Shown: positions 58,528 to 64,000 of the stretch, one piece after another
Layout of the letters: the number at the start of each line of letters is the position of its first letter
Numbering within the stretch: the first letter of the stretch is position 1
Assembly (NCBI GenBank): GCA_963762145.1
Contig: CAVXJS010000008.1
Location: forward strand, 72,191-136,190
DNA length: 64,000 nt
Reading direction: 5' to 3'
DNA from: an uncultured Candidatus Rokubacteria bacterium
GTDB lineage: Bacteria > Methylomirabilota > Methylomirabilia > Rokubacteriales > CSP1-6
The notes under the pieces: model-generated
What the model saw: the letters and a program-made list of their open reading frames with translations, nothing else
Databases searched by the model: none
What the model was told of the DNA's origin: nothing
Translations under genes and position numbers: made by a program

Positions 58528-59083
58528 CCGGCTTCGCGGCGGCGCCCTTGCCGCCGAGCGGGGCCGCGCTCACCAGGACGAAGACGACCAGGCAGGGCTC
58601 CACGCTCCGGTTGCTCCAGGCGTGATTGGTGCCGCGCTGCACGAGCGTGTCGCCGGCCCGCATCAGCGTCTCGCCCTCGTCCATCAGGGCCCAGATCTCC
58701 CCCGACAGCACGATGGCGTAGTCCACCGTGTCCGTGCGGTGCATGGCCGGATGCCGCGAGGCGTCCGGGTCCATGGTGTGGCTCGCGCCCATCGCGCGGA
58801 AGGACGCCGCGCGATCGAAGCCGCCTCCCGCCGCGTCGGGCGGAAACTCGACGATTCTGAAGATGCTGCCGTTGCGGGGCGGCTCGAGCGACATGCGGCG
58901 TTGGGCCGCGTCCGCGCTCCCCGCGTTCGACGCGGGCGCCCGGTCGCTCACCCACAGGTCGGTGAGCGCGAAGTCGGCGCGCCCCGGCAGCGTGAGCACG
59001 TGGGGCGACGGCGCATCGCTCACGAAGATGGAGCGGCCCCGGGCATCGTGGCCGGTGATGATGCGTCGGATCGGCTTGATCAT
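58430..59083 (-). CDS. Cupin-domain protein
   Basis: RRIITGHD, MHRTDTVDY and VQRGTNHAWSN motifs; basic C-terminal tail overlaps the xylX-like gene. Confidence 0.88.
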   Translation of the reverse strand: MIKPIRRIITGHDARGRSIFVSDAPSPHVLTLPGRADFALTDLWVSDRAPASNAGSADAAQRRMSLEPPRNGSIFRIVEFPPDAAGGGFDRAASFRAMGASHTMDPDASRHPAMHRTDTVDYAIVLSGEIWALMDEGETLMRAGDTLVQRGTNHAWSNRSVEPCLVVFVLVSAAPLGGKGAAAKPVKRAAARAGRGSPSRRPSRRTTARPRRTPRPR

Positions 59084-59094
59084 GGCGTCCTCTC

Positions 59095-60312
59095 TCAGGC
59101 CTGGCCCTTCTCGGCGCAGGTGCGATCCAGCTCCTCGCCGGCCGGGATCTTGGCCACGATGTCCATGCTGCCCCACTCGCCCTTGACCTGCCCGGGACCC
59201 CGCCCGCGGACGATCCACAGGTCCTGGAAGGCCTTGTTGTCGCAGCGCCGCCACCACTGCTTGCCCTTGTAGTGGTCGTAGACCGGGCTCTGGTGCAGCG
59301 CTTCGGCCACCTTGTCGGCCGCGGTCGACTTCGCGAGCTCGGCTCCGCGCGCCGCTTCCAGGACGCCGCTGTAGGAGTAGGTGCCGTAATCGCCCGGCGG
59401 GATCCCGAAGCGCTTCTGGAAGTCGGTGACGAACCGCTTCGCCTGCGGGATCGTATCTTGTAGCTCCCAGTACCAGTGGATGGCGCCGTGCACGTCGGCG
59501 AACACCTCGGGCCCGCCCTCCTTGAGATACGCCAGGTTGAGGATGGGCTGGGCCATCTTCATGTCTCGCCGCATGCCGAAGCTCGCCACCTGCTTGAGCA
59601 GGGCGATGTTGTCCGCGCCGGGCGCCACGTTGACCAGGACGTCGGGCCTCGCGGCCTGGATCTTCGGCAGGTGCGCGGAGAACTCCGCCGAGCCCAGCGG
59701 GTACGGGGTGGTGCCGAGCAGCGTACCGCCCTGCCGCTTGAGCGACTCCTGGAAGACCAGGTTGCACTGCTTGCCCCACGCGTAGTCCGCGTAGATGATC
59801 CACCACTTCTTGCCCAGGTTCTGGCCGACCCAGTTGCCCACCACCCGGCACGTGATGGTCGGGTTCAGCGCCTCGTGGAAGGTGATCGGGCTGGCGTCCG
59901 GCTTCGCGGTGATCTCGTCGGACTGGCTCGTCGAGATGTAGAGGACCTTGGACTTCTTGGTCTGCTCGTTGATGGCCATCTGCACGTGCGCGGCGAGACC
60001 GCCCACGATGAACGCGCAGCCGTCCTTCTCGATCAGCTCGTGGGTGCGCTGCGCCCCGACCGCCGGCTTGAGCTGGTCGTCGCGGAAGAGGACCTCGACC
60101 TTCCGGCCGAGGATGCCGCCCTTGGCGTTCAGCTCGGCCTCCGCGAGCTGCGCGCCCTGCTGCATGTCCTTGGCGAGGGCCGCGAAGGGCCCGCTCAGCG
60201 GAAGCGGACAGCCGATGCGCACCGGGTCCTTGGACTGGGCCCGGAGCACCGAGGGGAACGTGAGGGTCGCTACGCCGATACCCGCGGAGCCGAGGAACTC
60301 GCGACGATCCAT
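59095..60312 (-). CDS. Branched-chain amino acid-type ABC SBP with Tat signal
   Basis: MDRREFLG, PLSGPFA, NAKGGILGRKV and DYAWG motifs; AAGGAGG SD. Confidence 0.9.
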   Translation of the reverse strand: MDRREFLGSAGIGVATLTFPSVLRAQSKDPVRIGCPLPLSGPFAALAKDMQQGAQLAEAELNAKGGILGRKVEVLFRDDQLKPAVGAQRTHELIEKDGCAFIVGGLAAHVQMAINEQTKKSKVLYISTSQSDEITAKPDASPITFHEALNPTITCRVVGNWVGQNLGKKWWIIYADYAWGKQCNLVFQESLKRQGGTLLGTTPYPLGSAEFSAHLPKIQAARPDVLVNVAPGADNIALLKQVASFGMRRDMKMAQPILNLAYLKEGGPEVFADVHGAIHWYWELQDTIPQAKRFVTDFQKRFGIPPGDYGTYSYSGVLEAARGAELAKSTAADKVAEALHQSPVYDHYKGKQWWRRCDNKAFQDLWIVRGRGPGQVKGEWGSMDIVAKIPAGEELDRTCAEKGQA

Positions 60313-60457
60313 GTGGGCCTCCTTTGCCGACACGGTCCGGGACGGGAGCGGCAGCCGGGGCCGCCGCGATTGAGCGGGACTATACACCCCGGTCCGAGTT
60401 GACGGATTCGGCATTTGGTGAAAGGGTGAGCGGGTACGCTCATCCCAGGGAGGCGAC

Positions 60458-62139
60458 ATGATCGATCTCGTGATTCGCGGCGGCACCGTGGTGGACGGCA
60501 GCGGCAAGTCGGGGCGGCGGGCCGACGTGGCCATCCTGGATGGGCGCGTCAGCGCGGTCGGCGAGATCCGCGAGCGCGGTACGCGCGAGATCGACGCGGG
60601 CGGCCTCGTGGTCGCGCCCGGCTTCATCGACGTCCACACCCACTACGACGCCCAGTACACCTGGGATCCGTACGCGACCAGCAGCATCTGGCACGGTGTC
60701 ACCACCACCGTGATCGGCAACTGCGGCTTCGCCATCGCGCCGTGCCGCCCGGCCGACCGCGACCTGATCATGCGCACGCTGGTGAAGGTCGAGGGCATGT
60801 CGCTCGCCGCGATGCGCACCGGCATCACGTGGGGCTTCGAGACGTTCCCCGAGTACCTCGATCACCTCGAGCGCTGCAACCCGAGCCTCAACGTGGCCGC
60901 GCTGTTGGGCCACTCGACGATCCGCCAGTGGGTGATGGGCGGCGATAGCCAGCACCGGGTGGCCACCTCCGAGGAGGTCGCGGCGATGTGCGGCCTCGTG
61001 CGCGAGGCGATGGCCGCGGGCGCGATCGGCCTCGGGTCGTCCACCGCCGAGGCCCACGTGGGCGACGGCGGGTTGCCGGTGGCGAGCCGGCTCGCCGACA
61101 AGGCCGAGTTCCTCGCGCTCACGAAGGCGATGGGCGAGTCCGGGCGCGGCCTCTTCCAGGCCACCGTCGGACCCAAGACCACGATGGAGGACCTGCGCGA
61201 GATCTGGAAGACGAGCGGCCGCCCGGTGATCTGGGCCGCGTTCTTCCAGCGCGACGACCGGCCCGAGTACGTGCCAGAGCGCCTCGCCATCACCGAGGCC
61301 TTCCATCGCGAGGGGGTGGAGGTGCTGCCGCAGATCTCCTGCCGGCCGCTGACCATGGACTTCACGATGAAGAACCCCTATCCGTTCGAGGGCATGCCCG
61401 CCTGGCAGCAGGTCATGAAGCAGCCCGAGTCGAAGTGGCTCAGCGTCTACGGCGACCCGTCCTTCCGCGCCGCGCTCAAGGCCGACCTCGACGCGCGCCG
61501 CCTCGCCGTCTTCCGCGGACGCTGGGACCTGGTCCAGGTGCTGCGCACAACCGCCCGGAGCACAAGGCGCTCGAGGGCCGGAGCCTCGCGGATCTCGCGC
61601 GGGAGACCGGCAAGCACCCGGTGGACGCCTGGCTCGACCTCGTCACCGCCGACGGCCTCGACGTGGAGTTCCTGGCCGGCCTGCTCAACACCGACGAGAA
61701 GGTGGTGGGCGACCTGATCGTGCATCCCCTCACCTTGATCACGCTCTCCGACGCGGGCGCGCACCTCTCCCTGATGTGCGACGCGGGCTACTCGAGCACG
61801 CTGCTGGGCAAGTGGGTGCGCAGCCTGAAGCGCCTGCCGCTCGTGACCGCGGTCAAGCGCCTCACCGACGATCCCGCCCGCGCCTACCGCATCCCGCAGC
61901 GCGGCCGCCTCGAGCCCGGCTACTGGGCCGACGTGGCGATCTTCGACGCGGGCACCGTGGACGCCCTGCCCGCCGAGTGGGTGACCGACCTGCCCGCCAA
62001 CGAGCCCCGCTTCGTCTCGCGCGCCAAGGGCGTCGAGTGGAGCCTGGTCAACGGGCAGCCGGTGCTGGAGCGCGGGCGCGTGGTGGAGCAGGCGGCCGGC
62101 AAGCGTCCGGGACAGGTGCTGCGCCGCTTCGACGCCTGA
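60458..62139 (+). CDS. N-acyl-D-amino-acid deacylase-like amidohydrolase (frameshift near 61545)
   Basis: IRGGTVVDGSG, PGFIDVHTHYD and GVTTTVIGNCG; after the shift SDAGAH and RGRLEPGYWAD. Confidence 0.88.
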
Positions 62140-62141
62140 CG

Positions 62142-63355
62142 CTACTCCTCGAAACGGCCCAGCCCGCGCAGCTCGGGGAAAGAGGAGCATCCACAGCCCC
62201 GCCACCGCGATCGTGCCGACGCCACCCAGCAGCACCGCGGGCACGGTGCCCAGCAGGGCCGCGGCCACGCCGGACTCGAAGGCCCCGAGCTGGTTCGAGG
62301 TGCCGGTGAAGAGCGAGTGCACCGCGCTCACCCGGCCCCGCATCGCGTCCGGCGTGCGGATCTGGGCGAGCGACATGCGGATGACCATGCTGACCACGTC
62401 GGCCGCGCCCAGCACGGTGAGCGCGATCAGCGAGAGCGTGAAGTTGGTGGAGAGCCCGAACACCACCGTGGCCGCCCCGAAGACGAGGACCGAGCGGAAC
62501 AGGGTGGGGCCGAGGCGATGCTCGAGCGGGTGGCGCGCCAGGAACACGGACGTCGCGAGGGCGCCCACCGCCGGCGCGGAGCGGAGCACCCCGAGCCCGA
62601 CCGGGCCCACCCCCAGGATGTCCTTTGCGAAACGGGGAGCAGGGCGGTGGCGCCGCCCAGCAGGACCGCGAAGAGGTCGAGCGACATGGAGCCCAGCAGG
62701 ACCCGCCGGCCATAGATGAACGCGACGCCCGAGAACACCGTCTCGAGCGTGAGCGGCTCGCGCGGCCGCGCGACCGGGCTCGACCCGGATCGCGCGGCGA
62801 GCGCGCCGGCCAGGATGAAGAGGCCGCCGCGCCGTGAAGTAGGCGGCGCCCGGGCCGAAGCACGTAGAGCAGCCCGCCCAGCGCGGGCCCGACGATCTGG
62901 GCGGTCTGTCCGGCCGAGATCACCCACGCCATCGCGGGGGCGATCAGCGCGCGGCCACCGCCTCGGGCACCAGCGCGCTCATCGCCGGGTTCTCGAAGGC
63001 CTGCGCCGCGCCCAGCAGCGCGACCAGCGCGAAGATGCTGGTCCGGCTCGTGCCAGCCTCCGAGGGCGCCCAGGGCCAGCGCGACCGCGGCGACCGCCTT
63101 CACCATCTCGCACACCACGACGATGAGACGCCGGTCGCAGCGATCGGCCACCTGGCCGACGACGAGCGTGAGCAGGATCATGGGCAGGAACTGCACGAGC
63201 CCGACCAGCCCCAGGTCGAGCGCGCTCCCGGTCAGCTCGTAGAGCTGCCAGCCCACCGCGACCCCCAGCATCTGGAAGCCGACGGTGGCGAGGACCCGGG
63301 ACGACGACAGCAGCGCGAACGGCGGGTGGAGCAGCAGCCGCTGCGGATCGGGAAT
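62142..63355 (-). CDS. MFS transporter (EntS/H+ antiporter-like), multiple apparent frameshifts
   Basis: Fragments AVGWQLYELTGSALDLGLVGLVQFLP, GQVADR, SLDLFAVLLGGATALLP and TPDAMRGRVSAV in different frames; boundaries approximate. Confidence 0.75.
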
Positions 63356-63366
63356 CGCGCGCGCCT

Positions 63367-63975
63367 CTACCGGTTGGCCCGCGCGAGCACGGCGTCCAGC
63401 AGGACGTTCACTCCGGGCGAGGTGTAGTCGAGCTCGGCGTGCTCGGCCTCGTTGTGGGAGATGCCGTCGCGGCACGGGGTGAAGATCATCGCGGTCGGGG
63501 CGATCCGCGAGATGTAGTACGCGTCGTGCCCGGCCTGGCTCAGGATGTCCCGGTGGGCGACGGCGCTGCTCCCGGGCCGCGTCCCGGATCAGCCGGATGC
63601 AGCCCGGATCGAAGCGCTCGCTGCCGAAGTGCCACTCCCCCGCGATCGGCCATCGCCACAGTTCGGCGCGCCGGGCGGCACTCGGGCATCGCCGCCTCAC
63701 CTCCTCCGCGACGATCTGATCGGCCACCGCGCGGTCGGCGTGGCGCACGTCGCAGGTGACCTCCGCATACTCGGCCAGGATGCCCGCCTTGTTCGGCCAC
63801 GCCACGAGGCGGGCCACCGTGGCCTTGCCCTGGAGGCGTGGTACTTCAGCCGATCTCGTTGACCGCCACCGCCAGCATCTCCTGCTGCGCCACCAGGGCG
63901 TTGCGCCGGGCGGTCCATCGGGGTCGGCCCCGAATGCGCGGTCTCGCCGTGCACGTCCACGTGCATCCCGTGCTG
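63367..63975 (-). CDS. 5'-truncated M20/allantoate amidohydrolase-like Zn hydrolase, frameshifted
   Basis: HGETAHSGPTPM and SQAGHDAYYISRIAPTAMIFTPCRDGISHNEAE...GVNVLLDAVL motifs. Confidence 0.8.
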
Positions 63976-64000
63976 AGCAATACGTAACTTGGGTCAGGCC
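63976..64000. other. Probable Oxford Nanopore adapter remnant (artefact)
   Basis: AGCAATACGTAACT matches the first 14 nt of the reverse complement of the ONT ligation adapter; it truncates a gene at the window end. Confidence 0.85.

Noticed and set aside
949-60402. Many long antisense or alternate-frame ORFs (e.g. 7108-9534, 44768-47350, 14758-16905)
   Set aside because: They are shadows of real genes in high-GC DNA, Arg/Gly/Pro-rich and without domain motifs.
11667-62139. Programmed frameshifting or pseudogenisation in several genes
   Set aside because: The indels are single bases in short homopolymers with no slippery heptamer seen, and the contig shows nanopore artefacts.
63991-64000. 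GGGTCAGGCC resembling the 21128 repeat end
   Set aside because: Only a short partial match, lying after the adapter in unreliable sequence.

Overview
A very high-GC bacterial chromosome segment of about 50 genes. It is mostly catabolic enzymes (LLM oxidoreductases, amidohydrolases, amidases, CoA transferase, enolase-superfamily, SDR, ThDP, FAH and aldolase), MFS/TRAP/AI-2E transporters and several orphan ABC substrate-binding proteins (SBPs). The gene content resembles Candidatus Rokubacteria/Methylomirabilota (inference only). Main points: (i) an ~8.1 kb hybrid histidine kinase with 12 tandem GAF modules, in an operon with a single-domain receiver and a HisKA-REC-class III cyclase; (ii) a compositionally distinct island (~10.7-14.7 kb) where an orphan membrane-protein gene lies between a full ABC_sub_bind SBP gene and an isolated copy of the last ~150 bp of such a gene, next to a sigma54-type promoter in front of an unannotated 45-aa zinc-ribbon gene; (iii) a zinc-ribbon/cyclase/STAND/TPR protein; (iv) two families of short palindromic repeats at convergent gene junctions. 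The window ends in a 14-nt match to the Oxford Nanopore adapter. Many genes carry single-base indels, so most frameshifts are probably sequencing or assembly errors. I saw no rRNA, tRNA, CRISPR array, transposase or integrase.
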